64,000 nucleotides of DNA, from positions 12,244 to 76,243 of the IMG/VR virus record IMGVR_UViG_3300036770_003728; one strand, written 5' to 3'. A program made the position numbers and the translations under genes. Below, one piece after another: positions 9,813 through 18,918 of this stretch. The notes below the pieces were generated by a model, which was not told the origin of the DNA, searched no databases, and was given only the letters and a program-made list of their open reading frames with translations. Source of the stretch: a virus. Numbering within the stretch: position 1 is the stretch's first letter; each line of letters begins with the position of its first letter.

Positions 9813-10318
9813 TGTATAGTCCCGCCGTCAATTATTGTGAAATCATTACCTTCTGGTTCGCCTTCTTGCGGAGGCATGTCTGCGTAGTACGCAGGAATTA
9901 CGTACAAATCCAATGGTACATTATAGTTATTGTCTGTAAATGCTGGCTGTTCGCGATCATCTTCTCGACGTATAGCACGGAAAGTTAATTTATACTGTCT
10001 TTGTGTCAGCGAATTAACTATATCCTTGGTTATAACAAATGTACCGATCCCATTGTTTTCGTTGATAAAGTTTACACCAAAACTTTGTACAGTTAATTGA
10101 TTCAATGGATCTTGAATGTCTATACGCATGGTATACCCAGCCATATTCACTGGCTTTTGATCTTGATTTCTTACTCGTACTTGTACAGGGTTATCAATTC
10201 CCTGATATACTGTTACCGGCTTAGTGTACACGTCTCGGTTCCTTGTGGCAAAAATCGTAGGATCCCATATTGTTGCTGTCATTTTAATAGGATATAAATA
10301 AGTTTGGATTGTAATCAT
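9809..10318 (-). CDS. Putative virion structural protein (possible fibre/baseplate adaptor)
   Basis: Start refined to ATG 10318, 8 nt below a TAAATA box; beta-rich; ATGA-coupled to the fibre gene. Confidence 0.65.
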   Translation of the reverse strand: MITIQTYLYPIKMTATIWDPTIFATRNRDVYTKPVTVYQGIDNPVQVRVRNQDQKPVNMAGYTMRIDIQDPLNQLTVQSFGVNFINENNGIGTFVITKDIVNSLTQRQYKLTFRAIRREDDREQPAFTDNNYNVPLDLYVIPAYYADMPPQEGEPEGNDFTIIDGGTIQ

Positions 10319-10332
10319 TATTTTACTATTTA
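10293..10332. promoter_or_regulatory. Face-to-face T4-type late promoters
   Basis: TATAAATA on + at 10293-10300 and TAAATA on - at 10327-10332. Confidence 0.6.
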
Positions 10333-10339
10333 TTGCAAA

Positions 10340-10708
10340 GTGGAAGAAATTAAAAAGCTGCTCGAACAGTATCCGTTCATAACTTATCTTATTTACGGCG
10401 GCAACGAATACATCGGAATCATACAAAATTCCGACGAACTTATCACAACGATTTATGATTTTGGCAGCTTGAAAGACCCTGATCAAAAACAAAAGTTCTT
10501 GGACCTAGGTGAACAATGGTGGTGGGAGTCAAATCGCATGATCCCTATCAACGTTTTTCTCAAACGTGATTGGTCAGAATTCAAGGCCTGCGTAAAGACC
10601 ATGAACAGCAAAGACGTAGATATACGCTTTGGTCCTCAGGTTAATCTTAAAGAAATGGCTGCTAAACGCAGCAAACGCAGATCAATTACTTTGGTTCGTA
10701 AGCTCTAA
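10340..10708 (+). CDS. Hypothetical protein
   Basis: GTG start (VEEIKKLL) downstream of TATAAATA; protein-like composition (WWWESNRMIPI). Confidence 0.7.
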   Translation: MEEIKKLLEQYPFITYLIYGGNEYIGIIQNSDELITTIYDFGSLKDPDQKQKFLDLGEQWWWESNRMIPINVFLKRDWSEFKACVKTMNSKDVDIRFGPQVNLKEMAAKRSKRRSITLVRKL

Positions 10709-11257
10709 CAAATTCATGTGCACTGCTACTAGATGAGCATAGCTCACAGCATGCGCTTTTTTGAAATAATACCCAGATTCTGGCTTTTGCCATATGGTCT
10801 CAGCTACTTCACGCCATGGACGACCTATTAGGTGTCTTTTACCCGGCCTTATAATAGCCAAGAACATGGCCAACCTGGCTATAGAATCCACTGGCTCAGG
10901 CATACGACCTAAGGTATCCCAATGATTACCAATATGAATTAACTGTGCACAGAATTCTTGATCCAACAGTTTGTGCCAATTCGGTTTTTGTTGCATCAGT
11001 TCCGTTAACTGTTGTTCACTGTGAATTTGATTATATACTGATACATTCAAAAAATCTAGTTTAATATACCCACGTTGTTCAGCACTGCGAAAGTCAATAG
11101 TAGCAGTGTTGGTTATAGGATCATGTGGAATCTCAGTGACATAAACACCAGTATTATGTGGAACATTGCCATCCAGGCTAGCACGCCTATACTGAATATG
11201 GCGTAAGATACTGGCACGATCACCAAAGTCAATGTCTACATCGCTGGTAAATTTCAT
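10682..11257 (-). CDS. Miniature DNA polymerase III alpha (DnaE/family C)-like catalytic core, 191 aa
   Basis: Collinear DnaE motifs SDVDIDF, HNTGVY, GYIKLDFLN, AIIRPGK and YYFKKAHAVSYA. Confidence 0.85.
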   Translation of the reverse strand: MKFTSDVDIDFGDRASILRHIQYRRASLDGNVPHNTGVYVTEIPHDPITNTATIDFRSAEQRGYIKLDFLNVSVYNQIHSEQQLTELMQQKPNWHKLLDQEFCAQLIHIGNHWDTLGRMPEPVDSIARLAMFLAIIRPGKRHLIGRPWREVAETIWQKPESGYYFKKAHAVSYAHLVAVHMNLLELTNQSN

Positions 11258-11934
11258 AGTCCACCTAATTCTAAAATTTGTCTAGCGAATGCAACATCAT
11301 CACTTAGATCTTTGAACTTGGATTGCCAGTGTGCAGGATCAATGAACTCAATCACAGTGGCTACTTGATCAGTATTTAATCGACTTAAAAAGTCAATCCC
11401 ACTGTCACAGTTGTACACAGCCCAAGCACTAATACGACCAGTGGTGATATGATAGCATATACGATTTTCGTTAACCAGTCTAAAGTAATCCCTATACCCA
11501 TTCTTGTACTCAGGGTGTTGATACATATAGTCTACCATGGTTTCCATACTACGTTCAAGAGCATCTTTAACTGATTCTTTACGTAAGTATTCTACTAACC
11601 AACTAGTGTAAAACGTATCTGAAGTCCAACGATCTAACGGACGATTATTTTTGAGCAGCCAACGAGTGTACGCAGCAAGATTTACACAGTGTACACTATG
11701 ACAGTACCTACCAAACTTTACAAAGGCTGTGTAATAACTACTAGCTACGAAATCTTGGTAATCACGTTTACGTCCACTTTGTGTGGTTTCATAAAAGATC
11801 CTGTAGGCTTGCAGTGCCCATTGTACCCCAATTTCGTTCTGCTGTTGATGTCTGCGCTTGGGTTCACAACTGTGACTGGTCAGCGTGGTTTCTTTAGCAT
11901 AGGTTTTATGACAGTATTGGCATTCAAAAGGCAT
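11254..11934 (-). CDS. Hypothetical protein with N-terminal C2H2/C2HC-type zinc finger
   Basis: F-x-C-x2-C-x3-Y-x5-L-x2-H-x-C; overlaps both neighbours. Confidence 0.75.
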   Translation of the reverse strand: MPFECQYCHKTYAKETTLTSHSCEPKRRHQQQNEIGVQWALQAYRIFYETTQSGRKRDYQDFVASSYYTAFVKFGRYCHSVHCVNLAAYTRWLLKNNRPLDRWTSDTFYTSWLVEYLRKESVKDALERSMETMVDYMYQHPEYKNGYRDYFRLVNENRICYHITTGRISAWAVYNCDSGIDFLSRLNTDQVATVIEFIDPAHWQSKFKDLSDDVAFARQILELGGL

Positions 11935-12379
11935 TTCTTATTTCTTTGTCGTCCCAACCCAATGATTGTAGATAGGCTTCTAGATCTTTACGATTAGTGT
12001 TATTGACCAATATAGCCAATTCTTCTCTATTAAGATCTGGAAACTGTTCGGCTAGAACTTTTTGTATAGGATTAGTCTTGTGCCGACTACCCATCCAATA
12101 GTGCTTTTGACGACCCATGTCTGGGCTCACTGACGTACACAGTAACCACTGCAACTTAGGATGGCGCCCAATGGCAAAAAAGTCTTGATTAACACGATCG
12201 TTTTGAGCTCGCAAATACCATTCTTGTAAATCTCTGTTGCCTTCTACACTGGCAGCATACTTCATCATTAAGTACGTACTAAACTTTTTACGTTCTTCGT
12301 CAGTGAGTTCATCATAGAACCCACGGTCTTTGGTATCCAGTGCTGCCAGCTCTTGTGCTAGTGTTAGCTTGGCGCTCAT
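11924..12379 (-). CDS. Possible clamp-loader small subunit (T4 gp62-like)
   Basis: Size and the KKFSTYLMMKY...N...HPKLQW...W pattern loosely resemble gp62 homologues; replication context. Confidence 0.45.
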   Translation of the reverse strand: MSAKLTLAQELAALDTKDRGFYDELTDEERKKFSTYLMMKYAASVEGNRDLQEWYLRAQNDRVNQDFFAIGRHPKLQWLLCTSVSPDMGRQKHYWMGSRHKTNPIQKVLAEQFPDLNREELAILVNNTNRKDLEAYLQSLGWDDKEIRNAF

Positions 12380-12888
12380 TACCAGGCCCTTCCAAAATCA
12401 ATGACTTCGCTAACTCTACTGATATCTTTAACAAAGTATGCACACAGTGGACTATCGGTATCAGTTTCCAAAGGCACAGCCAATAATTGGCCGGCTTTGA
12501 GTTTAGGAAAATACCACTTGACATCTTGATAAATGTCCACTATTTCAACTTGATGAAACTCGGGCCTGTAACTTTTAATAGGGTTAAAACAAAACGCTGA
12601 AAAGCCACGATCATTAATGGAAGTCAATGGCACCACTTCAAGATCACCGATATCGGTTTCACCAATTAGTAATTGCCAATCCACTGGCATTTTTACTGTG
12701 TGCTCACCTATGCGTAGCACTAGAGCCGGGCTATTAAAACTTTCTAAGAAGATTAAAGGTATAAAGAAATAATCCGGAGTTTTAGGATCTGAATTATCCA
12801 ATATACAAAAACGTAGATCTTCGATTTCATCGGGGATCTCATTAAGGTCGTAACTACGATTGGTATCTAGGTTTAGTATTCTTGACAT
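12379..12888 (-). CDS. Hypothetical beta-rich protein (possible degenerate Hint fold)
   Basis: Tightly packed ORF; strand pattern reminiscent of Hint domains but without catalytic residues. Confidence 0.7.
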   Translation of the reverse strand: MSRILNLDTNRSYDLNEIPDEIEDLRFCILDNSDPKTPDYFFIPLIFLESFNSPALVLRIGEHTVKMPVDWQLLIGETDIGDLEVVPLTSINDRGFSAFCFNPIKSYRPEFHQVEIVDIYQDVKWYFPKLKAGQLLAVPLETDTDSPLCAYFVKDISRVSEVIDFGRAW

Positions 12889-12896
12889 AATTGTTA

Positions 12897-14354
12897 TTAT
12901 AGATAATTTACACGCTCAAGGTCAAATGGATAATTTGCCTCTCGATAAAAATTCTTACGCTGTGTTAGGTGCCGCTTGGCAAATTTGCAACTACTGGTTA
13001 TGTCCCAGATTTGGACGAAGTCTTTGTCTGACGCTCGCCTAATACCACGCCCAATGCTTTGTATAACACGTACAAAACTTTTACCAGGCTCAACAAGCAC
13101 AAGATTAAAAATCCTAGGAATATTGATGCCAACTGCTGCCACACCGTAGGTTGCGACAATAACTTTATCTGCTGACGTTGCCACTTCGTCATATTCTTCC
13201 TGCCTATCAGTGCTTTTGGTAGCACCATTTACAAACACAGCATCACGGATGCCGGCAACTAGTGCCTGCCCGGCGGCCACACGATCAATTAGGATTAATG
13301 TATTGCCAGTACCACGTATACGTTCTACTAAACTACTGATATAGTCTAGTCTATCTGCATTTTCTAACAGATATTTAAGCTCGCTTTGATAATTTGTAAA
13401 CTCTTTGTGATCTTGTAATTGTACAATGTTTACATGACAATTGGCCAGCACACCTTGTTCTTGTAACTCGCTGGCGCTGAGTTGTCCTACCACTGGACCC
13501 AAAGTACAGGTTAAAGCCAGTCGATTATAATCTTCTTTGGGTACTGTACCTGTCAAGCCCCAACGTATAGGCACATGACTCATTACACCTGTTAACAATG
13601 TTTTAAGGGCATCAGCTTTGGCCATATGCACTTCGTCGACAATCACGCATATCACATCTTGTAAAAATTCTTCTATGCTGATTTCAACTTCGTGACTTTT
13701 GGTATTTTTAAGTAGTATATTAAGACTTTGCCATGTGCAGATAGTATGCTGCCGGCCAAATTCTTTACGATCACCAAAGTATACACCAACATCTAATCCC
13801 ATGTTCACGTAGTCACGCTCGGTTTGGGTAACCAAGCTCTTGTTAGGCACTATGACCACGCTGCGTCCATAAGGTTGCACACTTGTGCTAAGAGCAGCGG
13901 TCATGATGGTCTTGCCTGCTCCTGTGGCTACTTCCTGTATACACTGTGGTGTGGATAAGAATCTGTTGACGATCTCAACTTGGTAATCTCTCAGTAAGAT
14001 AGGTTCATGTTGATTAGGATGACCCGTAGGCCAAGCACGACTGGCGAAACTTTGCTCATTGACCTGTGGGAATTCAAAACTGGTACGATACGACCTAAGA
14101 TCTTCTAAATCTATGTCATATCCGTGTGCTTCTATCACAGGAATAATTTCTGGCAACAGATTAATATAAGTAGCACCAGCCAAACTAAAATAGCTGACTT
14201 TACCATCCCATCTCCCAAGTCGCACTGCTGGCAAATATCGAGCACCTGGTATTTCAAATTTGAATTGATTGGTTAATGTACGTCGTAGGTTAACATCCAA
14301 GCCTTCAACTTTAACATTAACTTCGTCACGTATGAATAATTTACATTCCGGCAT
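12897..14354 (-). CDS. uvsW: UvsW-like SF2 helicase
   Basis: LRDYQ, ATGAGKT, DEVH, GLTGT and QSIGRGIR motifs. Confidence 0.9.
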   Translation of the reverse strand: MPECKLFIRDEVNVKVEGLDVNLRRTLTNQFKFEIPGARYLPAVRLGRWDGKVSYFSLAGATYINLLPEIIPVIEAHGYDIDLEDLRSYRTSFEFPQVNEQSFASRAWPTGHPNQHEPILLRDYQVEIVNRFLSTPQCIQEVATGAGKTIMTAALSTSVQPYGRSVVIVPNKSLVTQTERDYVNMGLDVGVYFGDRKEFGRQHTICTWQSLNILLKNTKSHEVEISIEEFLQDVICVIVDEVHMAKADALKTLLTGVMSHVPIRWGLTGTVPKEDYNRLALTCTLGPVVGQLSASELQEQGVLANCHVNIVQLQDHKEFTNYQSELKYLLENADRLDYISSLVERIRGTGNTLILIDRVAAGQALVAGIRDAVFVNGATKSTDRQEEYDEVATSADKVIVATYGVAAVGINIPRIFNLVLVEPGKSFVRVIQSIGRGIRRASDKDFVQIWDITSSCKFAKRHLTQRKNFYREANYPFDLERVNYL

Positions 14355-15441
14355 CTTGTGTCTGCTGTGTGTAATAGATAATTTTATCTGCTGATTGTAA
14401 CATTTGTTGCCTGCGGTTTCCTATCATTAAGGTGTGGGTGGTTACTAATAAGGGCATGTTTTTGTCTGCACTGCGCCAATGGTTAAAATATATCACTGGT
14501 GCAGAATGCCCGCTATTGTCTGTACGCCTGTCTATAATATCTTCTTTTGGTACATGACGTACCATTTCTTTGCGTAATACGCTGGCTCCTGATTCGTAGA
14601 TATAAATGGGATATCGATTAGTAACACGAGCATAATCAAATATTGGTTCGAGATCTATGCTGCCGCTGTATTCTAAGTTTATGCTTTTTGGTCCCAGTAA
14701 ACTGGCTGCTGAATCGTTAATACTGGTGTCTACCAGACCATATACGTCAGGGTGTACTGTATAGTCTAGCTGACCAGATAAATCAATCAAGTTGATTAAA
14801 TTGCCTAAGCTGAATCCACCATGCTCATTGATATAGTCAATGAGACTGTTGGCAGCATTGGTTATGCTTAATTCTTGGTTTTGATAAATTAATTCTATAG
14901 CATGGTTTCGATAAGGTGCCATGTCTTGCTGTAGTTGCAAAAGATCGGCGCTGATAGAAAAATTATGTTTTATACCGAACTCTATGACCCAATCTATCCT
15001 AGGCTCAGTTAATGTACATACCCAAGCTCGCAGATCTCGATCAAATTGTAGCGTTCCAGGATACTCAGAGACAGCAGCACGTATCACACTAATTAAATTT
15101 TGGTCATAAGGAAAGCGTATACATATTTTGTTATCTTGTATACTAATAGAATTAGTACGATCTATGTTACGTATAGGCAACTTAAAAACAGCATTATCAA
15201 TCAGTCCGCTGACATCATATCCATTGGCCGCCCACTGTTTACGATATTTGACTACTATTTTGTGTGCTAACAATGCCTGTCTATCAGTGAACCCTAGTTG
15301 TCTTTGAATTTGTTCTGCCATGCTGTTGACTATGGGCTCATCATACCGTGCCAACTTGATCGGCGGATCCACAGGAGGCCAGCTAAATGTATCGGTAGCC
15401 ATCAGCTCAATGTAATCTTCAATATAGGAAAGAGTTTTCAT
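14341..15441 (-). CDS. Hypothetical protein
   Basis: Long ORF; start refined to ATG 15441, 6 nt below TATAAT. Confidence 0.75.
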   Translation of the reverse strand: MKTLSYIEDYIELMATDTFSWPPVDPPIKLARYDEPIVNSMAEQIQRQLGFTDRQALLAHKIVVKYRKQWAANGYDVSGLIDNAVFKLPIRNIDRTNSISIQDNKICIRFPYDQNLISVIRAAVSEYPGTLQFDRDLRAWVCTLTEPRIDWVIEFGIKHNFSISADLLQLQQDMAPYRNHAIELIYQNQELSITNAANSLIDYINEHGGFSLGNLINLIDLSGQLDYTVHPDVYGLVDTSINDSAASLLGPKSINLEYSGSIDLEPIFDYARVTNRYPIYIYESGASVLRKEMVRHVPKEDIIDRRTDNSGHSAPVIYFNHWRSADKNMPLLVTTHTLMIGNRRQQMLQSADKIIYYTQQTQDAGM

Positions 15442-15447
15442 TGTATT

Positions 15448-15476
15448 ATTATAACTTATATATTTAGATAAGTCAA
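15448..15476 (-). promoter_or_regulatory. sigma70-like promoter TTGACT-17-TATAAT with TAAATA in the spacer
   Basis: Boxes read directly. Confidence 0.8.
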
Positions 15477-15498
15477 AAAAAAGTGCCCCTAAGGGCAC
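15475..15498 (-). terminator. Rho-independent terminator
   Basis: GTGCCC-4 nt-GGGCAC stem followed by T8 on the minus strand. Confidence 0.85.
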
Positions 15499-15527
15499 CA
15501 AAATAGAGAGGCTTATGATAAACTGGT

Positions 15528-16040
15528 TTAGGCGTGGCGTTGAATTTCCTCACGTAGAATATGTTCTACCATTTGATTAAACGTGATATCTCTGTCATGT
15601 GCTAATTTAGCGATCCGAGCAAAGTCCTCATCAGAGATATCAATGGGCATGGTCACACGCTGATCGTAGTCTCTGCCATCCCTAATGGCTTCGGCTTTGG
15701 CAATGAAGTCTTCTAAGACTTCTAAGTCAACGAAGTTGACATCGTCCCAGGCTTGATTCTTTTGGTCGCCACTGTTGGCAACTGCTGACTTCATGTAAGC
15801 ATCACGAGCACCGGTGTCGGGGTTGAACCAACGATACGCACGATTGCCAGCATAGTCGCACACTTCTAATACCTCAACCGTCATGCCGTCTAAGCGTACA
15901 ATGGTATTGATACTGAACCCATCATGATCTTCATTCCAATAACTGAAATGATGTGCGTTCTCACCAAAGCAGGGCCACAGAAAGTGGCTGACTTCGGTAA
16001 GTCTATGTTGGGTCAATTCACAAAATCTAGCAAAGTTCAT
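15528..16040 (-). CDS. Hypothetical protein with C-terminal ribbon-helix-helix-like DNA-binding motif
   Basis: TMPIDISDEDFARIAKLAHDRDITFNQMVEHILRE fits the RHH pattern; start at ATG 16040 with GGAG SD. Confidence 0.65.
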   Translation of the reverse strand: MNFARFCELTQHRLTEVSHFLWPCFGENAHHFSYWNEDHDGFSINTIVRLDGMTVEVLEVCDYAGNRAYRWFNPDTGARDAYMKSAVANSGDQKNQAWDDVNFVDLEVLEDFIAKAEAIRDGRDYDQRVTMPIDISDEDFARIAKLAHDRDITFNQMVEHILREEIQRHA

Positions 16041-16048
16041 GTTAACTC

Positions 16049-16429
16049 CTAAGCAATAATTAAACCAAGTTCGGCCATGGAATATGTACTGATTTCCTGA
16101 CCACGCTGTAATTCTAACACAACCTTCTGCCCTTGGGCAAGTTGTTCGAGTTGGGCCATGGCATCTTTCAAGCCACAACCAGTAAGGCGTCGTATTTCCC
16201 GCACACACCCAACTCGATCATATCCGGCATTGACACCCCGAACTGTAATCCTACCACGAGTCTGCCCTTCCAACATTTTGAAGAATACTCTCTGTCCAAG
16301 GTCCGGACAAACATCCTCACAGAGATGAGTAAACATACGTATACCTGCTTCGGCACCATAAACTTCTGTGATACTAACATAGAAGTTCATGGCGTCACGT
16401 AGTAGAAGTTCTTCAGCTTGACTTGTCAA
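16049..16429 (-). CDS. Protein with ribosomal protein L7/L12 C-terminal-like domain
   Basis: RVGCVREIRRLTGCGLKDAMAQLE versus bL12 consensus KIxVIKxVRxxTGLGLKEAKxLVE; TTG start with GGAGA SD. Confidence 0.7.
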   Translation of the reverse strand: MTSQAEELLLRDAMNFYVSITEVYGAEAGIRMFTHLCEDVCPDLGQRVFFKMLEGQTRGRITVRGVNAGYDRVGCVREIRRLTGCGLKDAMAQLEQLAQGQKVVLELQRGQEISTYSMAELGLIIA

Positions 16430-16772
16430 GTGATTTCTCCAACTTACCAGTTTCGATCCGTTTTAACAATACTTCGTTCCTATAGTCTTGTTCCCTACGA
16501 TCGCGTTTGGCGTCATGCCGAGTGCCCATGATCATGCTCTCGTATTTCCTAGCAAATTGAAAGCCTTGTATCCAACGCTCTAGCTCTTGTATAGTACCGA
16601 TAAACACTTCAGCATCTCTACTATAGATGGGAAGGCAGTCATCTCTTGGCTTGAGTGCTACAACATCACCAAACTCTTGATGGTAATGACTGGCGTGGCA
16701 CATTTGGAAGCCTAGTTTATGGCATTCTTCCTCGAGGTATCGAATCTTGCGTATTAGATTATAGCCGCTCAT
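16413..16772 (-). CDS. Hypothetical protein
   Basis: Overlapping operon packing. Confidence 0.7.
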   Translation of the reverse strand: MSGYNLIRKIRYLEEECHKLGFQMCHASHYHQEFGDVVALKPRDDCLPIYSRDAEVFIGTIQELERWIQGFQFARKYESMIMGTRHDAKRDRREQDYRNEVLLKRIETGKLEKSLDKSS

Positions 16773-17232
16773 TGTAGTCCTTGACTAGTTTTGACACAGT
16801 GATAAAATGCTCATATGCTGAACGCACTGAGGGATGAGTCAATAGTCGTTCCGCTTCTGCTACCATAGCATCAACACCAGCCTGAGTGACTTCCATCACA
16901 CTTGGATGTTCTAGTTGTCTAGCGTCAGGGCCAAATGCCTTGACCAAGTTTTCCCATGCCTGACTTTGTTCTTTGGTCATGGGTAGACGACCTTTACACA
17001 TCCTCACTTCAGCAGCCTTGATCATGACCCGGGCCATGGCTTCACGAGCTACAATACCAGCAGCAATCATAGGAGCATAGGCAGGGTCAACGGTATGCCT
17101 GCTGATACTATGGCCTGGTTTTACCACTGTGACATAGGCACCATGCGGTTCAGCGTTTCGCAGCATGTCATCATACTCGCGCACTGGTATATAACGCCGA
17201 CCACGTCGAACATAAAAGGTTTCAGTTACCAT
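16759..17232 (-). CDS. Hypothetical protein
   Basis: Overlapping operon packing. Confidence 0.7.
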   Translation of the reverse strand: MVTETFYVRRGRRYIPVREYDDMLRNAEPHGAYVTVVKPGHSISRHTVDPAYAPMIAAGIVAREAMARVMIKAAEVRMCKGRLPMTKEQSQAWENLVKAFGPDARQLEHPSVMEVTQAGVDAMVAEAERLLTHPSVRSAYEHFITVSKLVKDYNERL

Positions 17233-17651
17233 GATGAATTATAAAATACTTTAAGGCCCATAAACAATTCTGCTTTGGCACGACGACAAAACTCTAAGTC
17301 TTGTTCACGATAATACTCGTCACTATCGTTACCAAAAAAGAATCCCTGTGTAGGTGGAAGTCGTCCTGCTAGTATATCCTGCTCTAGTCGATCAACATCT
17401 TCCCAGGTAAGTTCAACTTCGACACCATTGAATGAGTCACACTCGCCACCTTTCTCAGCAAACAACTGTTCCATCCACCCCTGCAAATTTGGGTGCTTTC
17501 TCCAGTATGCGATTTCTATAGGTTCCTGCACACTTGGGTTCTCATAGTGAAGTTCGCCCAACTTGGTATCTTTCTTTGGCACAACACCGGCCCAGTAATC
17601 GTGGCGTTGATTTTCACGAGCTGCAATATAAGCGTATTGATCTAATCCCAT
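17226..17651 (-). CDS. Phage protein of the MGLD...YWRKH type
   Basis: MGLDQY start with GAGGA SD; YWRKHPNLQGWM, GFFFG and terminal YNSSW. Confidence 0.75.
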   Translation of the reverse strand: MGLDQYAYIAARENQRHDYWAGVVPKKDTKLGELHYENPSVQEPIEIAYWRKHPNLQGWMEQLFAEKGGECDSFNGVEVELTWEDVDRLEQDILAGRLPPTQGFFFGNDSDEYYREQDLEFCRRAKAELFMGLKVFYNSSW

Positions 17652-17655
17652 GTCC

Positions 17656-17868
17656 TCATCCCAAAAACCGTTTTTGTAAATCTGTCTGAATAGTTTTGAC
17701 TGCTTGATTCCACCCATCGTCGTCGCCAATCCATTTAACCTTGTTTAATTCTAACACATAGTCTTCAACAAGTCTACGGACGATGGCATTTGGGTAAGCA
17801 TCCCCGGGATATGACAAGTCCACATCCCGGGCAGCCTGTTGAGCAATACGTCTAGTTAAGTCGTTCAT
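17656..17868 (-). CDS. Hypothetical protein
   Basis: ATGA-coupled to the ATPase stop codon. Confidence 0.6.
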   Translation of the reverse strand: MNDLTRRIAQQAARDVDLSYPGDAYPNAIVRRLVEDYVLELNKVKWIGDDDGWNQAVKTIQTDLQKRFLG

Positions 17869-18899
17869 GCCATTTTCATGCAAGTCGACTGAGCAAGAGC
17901 TTGCCACTTTGCAGGGAACGTCTTACGCAAGTCAGCAATCTTAGTTGCCATACGCAAGCTCATTTCGCGCAAGCGATTTTGGTGACGCTCCATGAACGCA
18001 ATAACTTCTTGCTCCTCACCGTTCTCAAACTCGTAGTCGCCGAACAAGTCACCAGTGGCAGCAATTTGGCGAATACGTAGCAACTTGTCACGCATGGTGT
18101 CAAGTGTCAAGTCCAGGTAATGGCAGCGACTTTGCAGTGCGTCTAAGTGATCACGCAACTTCTGTGACTTCATTGCGTCAAACTTGAGGTTAGTAATAAA
18201 AATTACTGAACCGCGGAACTCAAAGCTGTCGGGAATGCCTTCACGCTTGAGAGCAGCACTTTCGCTGAGCCAGCTAATCTTACGCTTCTTGCCTGAGTCA
18301 AGAGCACCTTTCAGCAAGTTCAACGAAACGTCGTCAAGCAAAATACTGTCGCAGTCATCAAACACCAGCACACAGTTCTTGTCTGAGTACTTGTACAGAG
18401 TCTGATACAAACCAATTGGAGTGGCGCTGCCTTTAACAACTTCTGCACGAAGTCTGGTACCTGCAATTTGATCCAGCAATTGTGCTTTCTCAACTTCGCG
18501 CTCAACTGTAAAGCTCTTGCCTACTCCTGGAGGACCAGACACAATCATAGCACGAATGTCGCCTGCGATACAGGCTTTAGCCATGTCATTAAGTATGGCA
18601 AAGCGTTCTGCAATCTCTGCAATACGCTCTTCATCAGTTTGAGTAATGGCTTGAGCTTGAGCAACTACTTCGCTTACTGCGGGAGCAGCGTCTTCGCCCA
18701 CAAACTCGTAGTCGGTGAATGCTGCGACTTTGATACGAATGGTCTCAGGCATACCAGCAAAAGTACCACCATTCTTAACAGTGACATAGCCACCAACATT
18801 GGGGTTGCCACTTGGCTGAAACTGCTTGACTAGCTCAAACACCTTACCGTCTGCTACAAAGTTACGATAGCTACCTGACTTAATACGTACTTGAGACAT
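17865..18899 (-). CDS. AAA+ family ATPase
   Basis: Walker A GPPGVGKS, Walker B LVFDDCD, sensor IFITN, arginine finger ALQSR. Confidence 0.9.
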   Translation of the reverse strand: MSQVRIKSGSYRNFVADGKVFELVKQFQPSGNPNVGGYVTVKNGGTFAGMPETIRIKVAAFTDYEFVGEDAAPAVSEVVAQAQAITQTDEERIAEIAERFAILNDMAKACIAGDIRAMIVSGPPGVGKSFTVEREVEKAQLLDQIAGTRLRAEVVKGSATPIGLYQTLYKYSDKNCVLVFDDCDSILLDDVSLNLLKGALDSGKKRKISWLSESAALKREGIPDSFEFRGSVIFITNLKFDAMKSQKLRDHLDALQSRCHYLDLTLDTMRDKLLRIRQIAATGDLFGDYEFENGEEQEVIAFMERHQNRLREMSLRMATKIADLRKTFPAKWQALAQSTCMKMA

Positions 18900-18918
18900 G
18901 TGTGTCGCTCCGTGTTGT

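Noticed and set aside
10682-11257. dnaE pseudogene or split-intein fragment
   Set aside because: Motifs from across the catalytic region are joined in one clean ORF with no frameshifted remnants or intein ends. A recent deletion cannot be fully excluded without homologues.
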